A stretch of 64,000 bases of DNA from the human T2T-CHM13v2.0 reference genome, Homo sapiens, in the NCBI RefSeq assembly GCF_009914755.1, contig NC_060934.1. One strand, written 5' to 3'. The translations under genes were made by a program, and so were the position numbers. Shown piece after piece: positions 27,401-40,432 of the stretch. The notes beneath the pieces were generated by a model that was given only the letters and a program-made list of their open reading frames with translations, had not been told where the DNA came from and made no database searches. Positions within the stretch are counted from its first letter, which is position 1; every line of letters starts with the position of its first letter.

Positions 27401-29894
27401 CCTTCCAGCTTCCATTCACTCACTCCATAAATATCTCTGGAGCCTCTAATACATGCCAGGCACTGTCCTAAATACTGGGGATAAACAGCCCTTCTCTGGG
27501 GAGCTTCAACTCTATCTCATAGAAACAGATAATAAAACATTAAAAATGTACAACATATGATATGTTAGATATAATGCCACAGGGAAAAGTAAAGCATAGG
27601 GTGTGTTGGGGGTAGGGTCTGTTTTTGGTAGGGTGGTCGGGGAGTGCCTCACTGAGAAGGTGATCCGGGAGTAAAGTCCTGAAGGAGGTGAAGTATGAGC
27701 TGCAGGGACAGCTATGAGAAGAGCAAATGGCAAGCCCCTAAAGAGGGAGGAGGCTGAGCGTGACCGGGGGCCAGAAAGAAGCTATGTGGTTGGAGCTGAG
27801 TAGGGGTGGCAGCACCAAATTCAGAGGAGCAGCAGGGGTACAGGGGTACAGGGTGGTCCTGCCGGGACTCATGGGCTGCTGTAAGGTGTGTGATTTGTCC
27901 AAGGGAGACGAGCATCCCTGGTGGGACTCCCCCACGGAATATTGCTGAGCAGGAATGCTGAAGGTGCTGAGGAATAAGGAATTGTTCCCCACAAAGGCAG
28001 GATCTGGGTCATATTTACCCTCCATGATACGTCGGGGGTGTCACCAGAGTGACTCAAGCTTCACCCTCCACCCCTGCTCAAAGATCTCTTCTTTCAAGCC
28101 CCAATTTTCCTCGTAGCAGATTCTGGGAACCACATGCTTCCAACTCTGCAGGGGTGGTTGTCACAAGCACAGACTTTGGCCCACAGAGACCTATTCTGGG
28201 TAGATTCTGAGGATGCTGAGGATTCTGAGGGAACCCAGCCCTCAGACCTGTAACAGTGGAGTGACTGGAGAGACTGCGATTGAGAAGCCAGAGTGGAGCC
28301 TCATCCTGTAGCCCCACCGTGTTCTGTCCTGTGTCCAAGTACTGACCCAAAGCCAGGCCTGGAATGTGCATGGGTTGAGGCACATATGTGGGGAAGGGAG
28401 GCCTTGACCATGCTTCAGGCAGCAAGCTCCCAGGGCCATTGTGGGAAAGATCCCTGAGATTCAAATCCGGGGCCCCACTGGAGGCCAGACTGAGTTGGGA
28501 ATCTCTGAGAAAGAGCTGCCAAGATGAACCCCACCCCCATTCTGGGATCCCCCCTGGACAGCCCTCCCCAAGCCCCATCCCATTCACGTTGGGAGCCACT
28601 TTCTGTCTGTAAGGGATAGGCAGATGCTTACTTGCCCCTTACCCCACAAAGCCTGGGGATATTGCTTCGTCTTTCCAGAAAGTTAAAGACTGTATCTGAT
28701 CCCTTTGAAGCCCTGCCCAATGTCATAGAGGTCCCTCAGTTCATGCTGCTGGCTGATGGAATTCTCCTTTCTTGCCAGTAAGACCTAGATCTTTCCCTAC
28801 AAGCGGGGAGCAGTATTTCCAGGGACAATTCCCTTACTCATCAGTACCTCTGCTAAGCTCAAGATAATTCACCTATTAGGTACAGCAGAAAATGCAACTT
28901 TATCCCAAAGACTCAAGAAAAAATAAAGCCTTTGGCTCAATGATTCATCACTGGGTGGTAGATATCATTCCCATTACCAGATAAAAAAAACAGACTCAGT
29001 GACACTGAGGGGCTCTCCCAGTGTGGAGATGGAGCCCAGGCCAGTCTGATGCAGAGCCTTCGTCCTTTCCACCTCCAGAATGGTTGCTACTTAGCCTCTC
29101 TGCATCATCATTTTCTTACCTGTCGAAGGAGATTAATATGTCCCCTGTAAGACTCTTGGGAGGATTAAATGAACTACTCCAGTGAATGCCCAAGCACAAG
29201 GGTGGACAAAGAAATGTGAGTGCCTTTTCTCCCCGTGTAATGTATTAGAGCAAATCCTCTTGATTAGGCTTGAGAATGGAGCCATGGAGCCCCATTTTTT
29301 TCCCACCCTTCATGCAGTAGTGTTTAATTAAATATTTAAAATATTTAATGCCCTGCACAGGCATCATTTAATTGGAATGAACAACTGCTAACTGCTGGCA
29401 CAGGGCTCTAGAAGGCCCCAGATATCAGTAATTTACCACTGTTTGCTTGCTCTTGGGATAGGAAGGATCCGGGGATCCTAGAGGAGGAGCTAGGGCAGTT
29501 GGGTGCTGGAGGAGGCACATGGGGGCTCAGCACAGCCACTTGTTTGCCAGCTGGTGGAGCAGTGTGGAACTCGCCTTCTTGGGAGGAAGAAACACGTCTC
29601 CAGACTTCCATAACAAAGTACCCAGAGTTGCTGGGCTAGTTACAGTTCCAATGACCATTCCTCCCCAGCAGGATAAGCCCAGGGCCCCACCCTACCTGGG
29701 TCCCCCTTCTCGCCCCGAGGGCCCTCTCTCCCATCCCGTCCATCGCGACCAGGCAGGCCACTCTCCACTGAGCTACACATGACCAGGGTGCAAGCACTGG
29801 GCGTTGTTCTGTGGGAGTAGGTCTTCATTTCTGCTTCCAGGTAGCCCAGGGGCTGTGTGAGCAGGACCAGTGCAGAGAGGAGGAAGAGCAGCAT
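21085..29894 (-). CDS. SFTPD: Pulmonary surfactant protein D (collectin), 375 aa, 7 coding exons
   Basis: Exons 29696-29894, 25998-26114, 25623-25739, 25189-25305, 24633-24749, 23940-24023 and 21085-21461. Total 1128 nt = 375 codons plus stop, all GT-AG. Translation matches SP-D ([10 protein letters not shown]...RLVVCEF). Confidence 0.99.
22241..22406. repeat. Perfect tandem duplication (84-bp period) in SFTPD intron 7
   Basis: 22241-22322 is identical to 22325-22406; the unit is MIR-like. Confidence 0.95.
23940..24023 (-). CDS. SFTPD: SFTPD exon 7, neck
   Basis: 84 nt; [28 protein letters not shown]. Confidence 0.99.
24633..24749 (-). CDS. SFTPD: SFTPD exon 6, collagen
   Basis: 117 nt; [39 protein letters not shown]. 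Confidence 0.99.
25189..25305 (-). CDS. SFTPD: SFTPD exon 5, collagen
   Basis: 117 nt; [39 protein letters not shown]. Confidence 0.99.
25623..25739 (-). CDS. SFTPD: SFTPD exon 4, collagen
   Basis: 117 nt; [39 protein letters not shown]. Confidence 0.99.
25998..26114 (-). CDS. SFTPD: SFTPD exon 3, collagen
   Basis: 117 nt; [39 protein letters not shown], includes the NGS glycosylation sequon. Confidence 0.99.
27410..27890 (-). mobile_element. L2 LINE fragment
   Basis: cattcactcactccataaatat...atgccaggcactgtcctaaatactgggg...ggagtgcctcactgagaaggtga resembles the L2 3' end. Confidence 0.65.
29696..29894 (-). CDS. SFTPD: SFTPD exon 2 coding part (signal peptide, N-terminal Cys domain, first collagen triplets)
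   Basis: Acceptor CAG|GCCATG (exon starts 29897); donor CCAG|GTAGG. Confidence 0.99.
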
Positions 29895-30642
29895 GGCCTG
29901 GAGAGGTGAACAGAAAGAGAAAAGACATGCTTATGCTTCATGGACATGGTTTAGGGCTTGGCTCAGCTTCTAGAGGTGACAAGAAGCCCCCATTCCCTCC
30001 TTCTGTCCTCTGCTATGGGGCCTAGAGCAGCAGGAATCCAAAAGCAGTTTAAGGACAAGGAGGGCACAAGGTCTGGATGGAGAGCATGAGTTACCCAGCT
30101 GGAACTCTGACATAGGTTGACAGCAGCATCCCCCATTCCCAGGTGCTCATGTCTTCCCTTCTTGTGCCTTCCCTTGGGCACTAAGTTTGGCACAGTGGCT
30201 AGGATGTAGCATTCCTCACTGGGGCCATCTGTCACATCAAGAAGGGTTCATTGAGTGCCTCTGGGCAGGACACCCCCCGCCCACTCCCTAGACCATCTCC
30301 CTGTCTGTACCACTGAGGCAACTGGCTTAGCTCAGACAAGGCAAGCCTGTTTCTTCTCTCTTGCTGCCTTGCATGGACTAGCACTGGTGCTGATAGTGCT
30401 GGTCTGAAAATGCAGCCAGAGTCCTGAGTGCTTAGTAATGTCCTTCCTGAGCGCAGGCTGGGAGTGTGGTGCACATTTGCCTGGCAATTTGCCATTCCTC
30501 GAGCAGGTGCTGTCTCTAGAGAAAAGTCCCAGAGGGAACCCAGGTGAAAGTTTTCAGAGACACTAAACTAGCAGTAGGAGAAATCCTGAGACACCTAGAG
30601 TTCTTCTAAGACCTGAGAGGGTTTGGAAAAGAAGTATGTGGA

Positions 30643-30941
<299 letters not shown>

Positions 30942-32300
30942 TTATATGGAAAGAGGACATGCCAGGTAGGCTCAGTCAGGCAGAAAGCTAGTGTTGTGGG
31001 TAAGCAAGAGCAACTACCCAACAGGGCACCCATTTACTATCTAAGATGGTCAGGAACTGAGACCAGGATAAGAGCAGGACCTGGGACATTACCTGTTTTG
31101 GGTATCTTTTCTCTCAATGAGAAACCGTAAAGTTATGAGAGTGAAAAGAGCTGATCAGATTCGCAGAGGCTAGGAACAAAGCCAGAGGGACTTGTGCAAA
31201 GAAAGGGGTCACCAGGCCAACTGGGGTGGTGGCAAGTGGGGGGCTTCCTGCCCAGAGGAGTGCCTTCTTCTTTGACTGCTGGTGATTCTGGGCTGTGGAT
31301 GACCCCTATTTCTCACTAGCCTCTTTCAATTTTGAAATCACCACTTCCTTGGGTATCCTGGTAGTCTCTAGAAACACCTGGGTGAGCTCACTGCCAGCAG
31401 CGGCTACCTTGTTACACCTGTTCTGGCAGAGGCTCAATCATGAGCAGCAAGGGCCAGACCCAGGCCAGAGCAAGGGCATTGTTCTGTGCCCCGCAGCTCC
31501 CTCACCCCTCAGGCCCTGTGTCTGATTCTGGGGAAGAATGAAAGGCAATAGGCATTCTGTCTACAGGCTCAAGATGGCACAGAAGGCACCAGCAGCCACT
31601 GTGGCTTGAAGGACACTTGGAGAGGGCAGACCCGGGTTTTCAGGCCCAGGATTCAGATGAGGCATCTTAGCTGGGGCAGCAGATGGAGTGGGCAGAGTTG
31701 TGGTCCCCCTCAACCCCTGCAGTGCCCAGTTTATGCTAAGCTTTCAGAGTACAATTTCATTGAAAAGGCCATCTCCTCTGAACATGGATTGGAAAATCAG
31801 AGACCTACTCCAGTAAGTATATTTTTTAAAGTAAAGACCTGAAGCTATGAGAAAAACAGGCTTGCCCTGCTTTTCCACAGGCTGTTGGCACCAGGATGGG
31901 TTTAGAACCCCAGCCTGTGAGTGCCTGGGTTTGTCTCTCTTCCACTGTCCTTTCTGAAGAAATCAGTGCAGAAAAGAGCCTAGAGATAAATTAGCATTGC
32001 ATTTTTCCACCTGAAGCTTCCACACTGTGGCATCCCAGGTCTAGATAGTGTCACACCCACTCTTCCACCCTGTGCACCCCCAGCTCAGAAAGCAAATCCT
32101 CCCCTGGGCTGAGGCCACTGAATAAGGGGCAGAAGAGCACCATAAGACCTCCTGTGCTCCCCACCTCCTGCGCCCATGCCTCCTAGACCAGAACAGCTAC
32201 ACAGACCCTCCACACCAATAGGTTGAATTGCCCAGGTCGGCAGAGGGATATTTATAGGATGTGGAGAAAATAAAAAGAAGGCAAGAACAGAGACACTTAC

Positions 32301-32340
32301 AGGTTTCTTTTTGTTAGGCCCCAGGAGCTCCAAGCAAACT
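32301..32340 (-). other. SFTPD: SFTPD non-coding exon 1
   Basis: AGTTTGCTTGGAGCTCCTGGGGCCTAACAAAAAGAAACCT|GTAAGT; strong donor; lies just downstream of a TATA-like box. Confidence 0.85.
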
Positions 32341-32364
32341 AGCCTTTGCTTGGCAGGCACTCAC

Positions 32365-32372
32365 TATTTATG
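32365..32372 (-). promoter_or_regulatory. SFTPD: SFTPD TATA-like box (CATAAATA)
   Basis: About 25-30 nt upstream of the exon 1 start. Confidence 0.8.
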
Positions 32373-32435
32373 CCTGCCCTGTACCCTGAGCTGCCCAGCC
32401 CCAAAAACTCCCTTCAAGAAGTGGGGCAATTTTCT

Positions 32436-32480
32436 TCTTTATTGACTCACTCACTCTTATCCCCACCTGCGTTCTGGAAA
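32436..32480 (-). promoter_or_regulatory. SFTPD: SFTPD proximal promoter: AP-1 site overlapping a forkhead-like motif, plus a STAT- or C/EBP-like site
   Basis: TGACTCA at 32443-32449 (about -105 to -110), adjoining tctttattgac; ttctggaaa at 32472-32480. Confidence 0.7.
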
Positions 32481-33091
32481 CCTGCCACTGATATTCACAA
32501 TACTATGCACATCCATCACTATAGTTTGCAGAACACTATCAGGCCTTGAACTCATCTGCACCTTTCTCACTGCAGCTCTGTGAATTAAGTGGCATCATCA
32601 GTGTCTGTATTTTATAGATGTCTAGAAATCAGGAGTCCAGAGACCAGCAGGTTGCACAATGACCTACAGCGATTGCAAAAGGAACTCACAACTGCAGATC
32701 TTAAGAGCCAAGACCTGCTGTGTCCACTTCTCCTCTTCCTTTGTCTCAACAGCACTGCCCAGATATTGGGAAAGAGCTGAGAGCTGCTTGGAATACCTGG
32801 GCAGGGGTGGGGCAGGTAGAGTGGCTGCAGAGGCAGCAGCATGTGGGGGCAGCAGCTAGGGAGCTGCCACCTGGAAAGAGTTGCTCTTTTGCATGCTGCT
32901 CTAGGCCTCAGAGAGCCCCTGCCTTGCTTGTCTTTTGTGGGATGGATTTCCCTTAGCAGACCTCTGCCTTGCCTTGTTCAGGCTTGTTCTCCCTGCCATC
33001 TTAGCTGGTGTTTGTCTTGTGCACTGTTCTTGTAACTAGTTAGGACCCCTGAGCTGATGCTACTTTTATCCAATCTTTTAGTCTGTATGTA

Positions 33092-33379
33092 TTTTTTTTT
33101 TTTTTTTGAGACAGTCTCACTCTGTCACCCAGGCTAGAGTGCCATAATGCATTTATAGCTCACTGCAGCCTCAAACTCCTGGGCTCAAGTGATTGTCCTG
33201 CCTCAGCCTCTTTACAGGTGAGCATGATCACACCTGGCTAATTTCTCTTTTTAATTTTTTACAGAGATGGGGTCTCACTCTGTTGCCCATGCTGGTCTCA
33301 AACTCCTGGTCTCAAGCAATTCTCCTGCCTCAGCCTACCGAAGTTCTGAGATTACAAGTGTAAGCCATCATACCCAGCA
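33092..33379 (-). mobile_element. Alu (J-type)
   Basis: Antisense dimer with T-tail. Confidence 0.9.
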
Positions 33380-36300
33380 CCAATCTGTATCTTTTAAGTG
33401 GAACATTTACTCCATTTATTATCAAGGTTAATATTGATATGTGATGTTTTGTTCCTGTCATGATAATTGTTACCCAGTTGCTTTTTAGTCTCAATTATGT
33501 AATTGCTTTATATAATCTGTGAGTTTTTCACTTTAATGTGCTTTTATGATGAGGAGTATTGTCCATTCATTTCCATGTTTAGAACTTTAAGCATTTCTTG
33601 TAGTGCTGGTCTTGTGGTGACAAATTCCCTTTGCATTTGTTGTATGGGAAAAACTTTATTTCTCCTTCATTTATGCAGCTTAGTTTAGCAGGATACAAAA
33701 TTCTTGGCTGGCAGGATTTTTGTTTAAGTAGATTAAACATAAGACCCCAATCTCTTCTGGCTTGTAAGGTTTCTGCTAAGAAGTCCATTGTTAGTCTGTT
33801 GGGTTTTCCTGTATAGATTAGACATTTCTCTCTTGCTGCTTTTAGGATGTTTTCCTTCACATTGACTTTGGATAGTCTGATGACGATATGCCTTTATGAG
33901 GTTTCTCTTGTAAAGCATCTTCCAGGTGTTCTCTGAGCATCTCCTATCTGGATGTCTAATTCTCTAGCAAGACCAGGGAAGTTTTCCTGAATTATTCCCT
34001 CAAATAGGTTTTCCAAGCTTTTAATTTTTTTTCTTCTCCCTCAGGAATGTCTATATATTGTATATTTGGTAACTTTATGTAATTCTATATTTTTCAAAGT
34101 CTTTGTTCATTTTTAAAAATTTATTTTTTCTGTATTTCTGTCTGACTAGGTTAATTCAAATGACTGGCCTTCAGGCTCTGAAATTATTTCTTCTGCTTGG
34201 TCTAGTCTTTTGCTAAAAGTTTCAACTATATTTTATAGTTCCTTCAATAAATTTTTATTTCTAGAAGTTCTATTTGGTTTTTGTTTTTTAATCTCTATCT
34301 CTTTTGTAAATTTTTCATTAATATCCTGAATTATTTTTCTGATTTCCTTATGTTAGTTTTCAACTTTCTCTTGTATCTCATTGAGCTTCCTTACAACTCA
34401 TATCTTAAATTCTTTATTTGTTATTTCAAAATTTTTATATTGGTTAGGATCCATTGCTAGGGAGCTGGTGTGATCCTTTGGGCATGTCAAAATACTGGTT
34501 TTTCGTACTTCCAGAGTGCTTATGCTGATTTCTTCTCATCTAGAGAACCCGTTACTTCTTACTTTTGAACTTACTCTCATTTGAATGGGATTTTTTCCCC
34601 CTTTGAAGGTGTGACTGTATGTTGTGTGTGATCATTTGGCTTCAATTTTGGGTGCCTTCCGTGGGTCACAGCTCTGTATGAGTTCCTTGGTCATAGATAG
34701 CTTTTGTGTGGTGGCTTTATTATGCTGTATAGATAGCTTTTGTGTGGTGGCTTTATTATGCTGATTGTAGTAGCAATGTATTGGGCATATGAGCAGGAAT
34801 ACTACCTTCTGAGGGGCTGGGAATGTGGAAGTCTCTGAAAGTTTATCTCATTCCCCAGCACTATACCCTCTGTCAGCCTGTTTTTTATTTGGTTGTGCAA
34901 TTCAATCTGCATCCCAATAAAAGCTGGCTGTGGCATAAGCTGATGGGTACTTGGTCTTTGTTTTCTGGGAGGGGATCTCTGTTGTCACAGGCAGTTGGCT
35001 GGTCTGTGGATGGCCTGATTCCCTGAAGGGAACACAAAGCTCTGGAGGGGGACACAAAACTGAGGGGCACTAAACGACCAAGCTCACCCTGGGAAACCCC
35101 AATTATGAGCAGAAGCAACTGCCTTGATGGGAGTGGAAATGGGAGCTCATGGTGAAAGGCACTGATGTCTCCACCAGAGTGGGAAGGAGTACACCAGCTC
35201 CACATCCTGGGAAGGCAGGAAGGCAATCCACTTTCCTAAAACACCCTTGTCCCGGAGCTTGTGACCTTCAGTTCAGATAGACATTGTCCTTCATCTCCAG
35301 GCTGCAGTGTGATGGAGGTCTGCAGAAAACACCCGTCCTGTGGCTACCACCAAAATGGCCTTGGGATAGAACCTCTTCCCTCAGCAGCTCTGATATTCAT
35401 CTGCATTCTGCTATGGGAATGCTGCTGCTCCATATGGGGAGGAGGATAAACTCTGCCCTTCGTGCAAGGCTTGGCCAGCAGGCACCCCATCAATGGGAGT
35501 GCAGCTGCCCCCAGGAGCCCTCAAAAGCCATCCCCAGGTGCACTTGTGCCAGCTCCCAGTAGGGACAGCCAACGGTCTATCTGGAGCATTGAGTGAGGGG
35601 GTAGGAGAAGACTCCCTTTCCATGTTTATTCCCAGGCACCAGTGTCACCTGCCTACTGGTGCAGAACCACACTCCTCCCCTTCAGACCCCAGAACCATGC
35701 CTGTGTCTCTGCTGGGAGGGGCACAGCCAGCCTCTTCTCACACGTGGGGAGCTCTTAGGCAGAGGAGAGCAAATGAACTGGTTTCTTTTATCCAAAGGAG
35801 TACGTTGGCACAGACACTCTCCCTTCTCCTAAGAGCTAGACTTCTAGGAATTCCATAGCTCCCCAGGGTCCCACCCGTCCCCTGTGGTTGCTGCAGTCTA
35901 AGTGGGTTCTGGGGAATGTTCATGGAGGATCTAGTGATGCAGAAACACAAGGGCTGGGATTCCTTGGGAAGAATAGAGACCCACAATGGGTGCATAACCA
36001 GTATGACACCTGCCACTTCAACTCAGGTTTTGGGGGAGAGCGAGTGTGCCTGCATGAGCTGGCCACCCAATGCTCTGCCCTAAAGAAGTTCCCAAATTGC
36101 CACTGACAGCAATGCCTGGGCTCACAGGTGCAGAGGGTTTCTCCAACAAGTTCAGCAGTCCATAGTCTGCCACAGGAGTGAGGGGAGCAACTTCCCCTCC
36201 TACCCTCTCCATGGGACTCTATGTTCCTTGGAAGTCAATCTCTGCAAAACTCTTGCTGTCTTCTTTTTCAGCACCACAGCTTTTTCCTGTGGGTTCCCCA

Positions 36301-36420
36301 ATAGGTCATGTCACTCATTCCTCAGTATTCCACTCAGACCATGATTATTCAACTGCAATTTTGGTTCTTTGTTCTGAGGAGAACTGGTGTCCAATGTCTC
36401 TAGACAGCCATCTTGGGGAA
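33380..36420 (-). mobile_element. Old L1, 5' UTR and ORF1 region
   Basis: Minus ORF 33579-33860 is ORF1-like (KENILKAAREK...ETLQARRDWG...QPRILYPAKLS). Confidence 0.8.
34693..34763. repeat. 36-bp tandem duplication inside the old L1
   Basis: atagatagcttttgtgtggtggctttattatgctg x2. Confidence 0.9.
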
Positions 36421-36429
36421 AGGAAAACT

Positions 36430-37520
36430 CTACTTGTCTTTATAATTACTTTTACCAGTGAAACTTATACTTTTGTGTGCATTTGTGTTTCTGTTTAACC
36501 TCTTTTTATTTCAACCTCGAGAACTTCCTTTAGCACTTCTTGCAAGGTGGACCTAGTGGTGACAAACTCCCTCAGTATATGTTTGTCTGGGATAGTTTTT
36601 ATCTCTCCTTCACTAATAAAAGACACATTGCTGGGTACAGAATTCCTGATTGACAGGTGGGTTTTTTTTTTTTTTCTTTCAGTACTTTGAATATATCATT
36701 TCATTCTCTCCTGGTCTGCAGGGTTTCCACTGAGAAATCTCGTGATAGTCTTTTGGAGGTTCTCTTTTATGTGACAAGTCAGTTTTCTCCTGCTGCTTTC
36801 AATTTTTTTTCTTTGTATTTGACTTTGGACAAACTAATTATAATGTGTTCAGTATAGACCTCTTTGGGTTTGTCCTATTTGGGAAATTTTGGGCTTCATG
36901 AATCTAGATATCTGTTTCCTTCCCTAAATTTGGGAAGTTTAAAGTTACTATTTCTTTAAATTTTTTAAATTACTTTAAATTCTACCCCCTTTTCTCTCTC
37001 TTCTACTTCTGGGACACCCATAATACACAGAAAGGTTTGCTTCATCGTGTCCCATAAGTCCCATAGGCTTTCTTTACTCTTTTTTATTCTTTTTTTCTTT
37101 TTGTTCCTCTGATTGGATAATTTCAAATGACCTGTCTATGAATTTGCTAATTCTTTCTTCCACTTGATTGAATCTCCTGTTGAAGTGCTCTATTCAGTTT
37201 TCAATTCAGTCCTTGAGGTCTTCAGTTCCAGGATTTTTGTGGGTTTTTTTTTTTATATAGTTTTTATTTCTTTGTTATACTTCTAATTTTGTTTATGTAT
37301 TGTTTTCCTGATATTTTTTCATTGCCTTTCTGTGTTCTCCTGTATCTTGTTGAGCTTCTTTAAGATGATTATCTGAAATTATCTGTTGAGCAGATTGTGG
37401 TTTGGTTTGGTTCATTTCTTTTGGTTTGGTTACTGGAGCTTTATTAGATTTATTTCATGGTGTCATGTTTGCCTGATTCTTTATGATCCTTGTATGCTTG
37501 CATTGGTGAGTCTGCATTTG
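36430..37520 (-). mobile_element. Second old L1M ORF1-region fragment
   Basis: T-rich antisense L1 ORF1-like sequence parallel to 33560-34500. Confidence 0.7.
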
Positions 37521-38017
37521 TACAAGCAGCCAGATCAGAGATTCTGGGTAGGTTGGCTGATAGGGTCAGCAGACAACCCGCTGTTGGTGACCACAGGTGG
37601 GCCTATTGCTGAAATCTGTGGGTAGGTTTGCTGCATGTGTGTGCTTGCTGCAGGTGTCCGCACATGGAGGACCTGCTGCTGGGGTACACATTTGAGCAGG
37701 CCTATTGCCATTGTCTGCAGGTGGGGTCTGCCTGCTGTCAGTATCTGCAGGTATATTTGGCTAATTGTTGTAGTGGTGGGTGGGTGGTGGGTGCTGCAGT
37801 AGGGGTCTGCAGGTGGGCAGGTTGCCTTGGAGTTTGTGGATGGAGAGGATCACCAACAGGTCTGCTAGTGTGCATGGTCACTGCTAGTTTGCAGGAGGTG
37901 GAGCTGTTTGAGTTCTGTTGACTAGCCTTCTATTGGGGCCCTGGATGGACAAGTCTGTTAATAAGGGAATAGGATTTCCTTCTCAATGAGGCTTTTTGCA
38001 GTCTTAAGTCCCCCAAG

Positions 38018-38434
38018 TGTTAGGAGAAAAGCTGAGTGTTGGGAGAGAAGCCAAGGCAGGGCTTGGAACAAGTCCACAGTGCAGAGTCTAAAACCCCTGG
38101 TGGCCTTGGGAATGTATCTAGACTTGCTGGCTCCTTGCTTCTAGCACTCCCATTATCTCAAGTAGCCATATGCTTCAAAGAAAATGCTAAACCATCACAG
38201 CTATAGCTCATTCACTTGATACACCACTTCCTTTCAACCCCCACATCCTCACCACCTGTTTCTTTGTTTGATCACCAATAAATAGCTTGGGCCTCCAGAG
38301 CCTGGGGCCTTCGCAGCCTCCATACTAGCAGTGGTCCCCTGGTGCCAATTTCTCAACTTGTCTTTTCTCATTCCTTTGACTCCACCAGACTTCGTAGCCC
38401 CCACAGCCTGGTGTTGGGTCTGATCACCCCAACA
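38018..38434 (+). mobile_element. Solo ERV LTR (family not assigned)
   Basis: TGTTAGG...CCCAACA inverted ends, internal AATAAA near 38277, 5-bp TSD ccaag at 38013-38017 and 38435-38439. Confidence 0.88.
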
Positions 38435-39598
38435 CCAAGGAGCTGGAACCTTTTACTTGGATCCCAAATGTTTTATAAAGGCATTTTGTCCATGAATAGT
38501 TGTTAAATTGGTATTTCTGAGCAGGAAGGAAGGCTGGGGATCTTCTGTGCTGCTATCTTCTTGGTGTCATGAGACTATAATTATAATGTTTTGAAGAGTA
38601 AGGTTTTATCTTAAAATATTTACCACCTTGCTTTGCAACTAAGTTGCAAAGAAAGACAAATATAGGGATCCTGAAGTAAAACAAAACAAAACAAACAAAC
38701 AAACAAACAAAGAAAACCCTGCCATACCTTATGTTCTGCAAAATCTTGAAGCTTGATAGTCTAAACCTGTAATCCTCCACCCCCTCTCTCCACCACAACC
38801 TCACAGAAAAGGTAGGATTGCTTATGCTCAGGTGCTATCTGTTGTTGCAATCTAATCTGTTCACTAGATTCTGCAACAATTGTCAATGGGCTGAATCCAA
38901 TTCACATGCATATGCAGGTTCTATGAATGTCTAACCTAATAAAAATGACAAAGTGAGAGTGCTTGAAACTACCTTTTTGGATGAGAATTCTAGGCACTTT
39001 ACTCTTTGTTTCTTTAAATATTAACACAATAAAGGAAAAACACTTCACTGTGTAGCTCTATTATTCACTAGAGAAAGGAGTGGTTAAAGAGAAACATCTC
39101 TACTGCATCCTGACTGGTATTACTTCTGTCTCCTGCATCATTTGAAACTACTGAGAAAGAGCATGTCTTTTAATCTTACTATTGATAACTGAGTCAAAGA
39201 CAAAGAGGCAGAAAAAAATATGAAGCAAATGTTGGCGGGAAGTAAAGAGATACAACCATACTAATTTCAAAAAAACAGAATTTTCATCTAAAAGCATGAC
39301 TTAAAAAATCGTTATAGAATCCATCTGATTTTATATGAAAATGATTTATATATTTATTGTGAAAATGTTAACATTGTGAGAAAAAAGTTTAAAATCACCA
39401 AAATGGGGATGGAGCCAAGATGGCCGAATAGGAACAGCTCCAGTCTACAGCTCCCAGTGTGAGCGACACAGAAGACGGGTGATTTCTGCATTTCCATCTG
39501 AGGTACCGGGTTCATCTCACTAGGGAGTGCCAGAGAGTGGTTGCAGGACAGTGGGTGCAGCGCACCATGCACGAGCCAAAGCAGGGCGAGGCATTCCC

Positions 39599-39856
39599 TC
39601 ACTCAAGAGCACAAGGGGTCAGGGAGTTCCCTTTCCTAGTCAAAGAAAGGGGTGACAGATGGCACCTGGAAAATCGGGTCACTCCCACCCTAATACTGTG
39701 CTTTTCCAACAGGCTTAAAAAACGGCACACCAGGAGATTATATCCCGCACCTGGCTTGGAGGGGCCTACGCCCACGGAGTCTCGCTGATTGCTAGCACAG
39801 CAGTCTGAGATCAAATTGCAAGGTGGCAGTGAGGCTGGGGGAGGGGCATCTGCCAT
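39599..39856 (-). CDS. L1 antisense ORF0 homolog, open, 85 aa
   Basis: MADAPPPASLPPCNLISDCCASNQRDSVGVGPSKPG... matches primate L1 ORF0; expression not shown. Confidence 0.6.
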   Translation of the reverse strand: MADAPPPASLPPCNLISDCCASNQRDSVGVGPSKPGAGYNLLVCRFLSLLEKHSIRVGVTRFSRCHLSPLSLTRKGNSLTPCALE

Positions 39857-40432
39857 TGCCCAGGCTTGATTAGGTAAACAAAGCAGCCGGGAAGCTCGAA
39901 CTGGGTGGAGCCCACCACAGCTCAAGGAGGCCTGCCTGCCTCTGTAGGCTCCACCTCTGGGGGCAGGGCACAGACAAACAAAAAGATAGCAGTAACCTCT
40001 GCAGACTTAAATGTCCCTGTCTGACAGCTTTGAAGAGAGTAGTGGTTCTCCCAGCACGCAGCTGGAGATCTGAGAACGGGCAGACTGCCTCCTCAAGTGG
40101 GTCCTTGACCCCAGAGCAGCCTAACTGGGAGGCACCCCCCAGTAGGGACAGACTGACACCTCACACGGCCGGGTACTCCTCTGAGACAAAACTTCCAGAT
40201 GAACGATCACGCAGCAGCATTTGCGGTTCACCAAGATCCGCTGTTCTACAGCCACCGCTGCTGATACCCAGGCAAACAGGGTCTGGAGTGGACCTCTAGC
40301 AAACTCCAACAGACCTGCAGCTGAGGGTCCTATCTGTTAGAAGGAAAACTAACAAACAGAAAGGACATCCACACCAAAAACCCTTCTGTATGTCACCATC
40401 GTCAAAGACCAAAAGTAGATAAAACCACAAAG

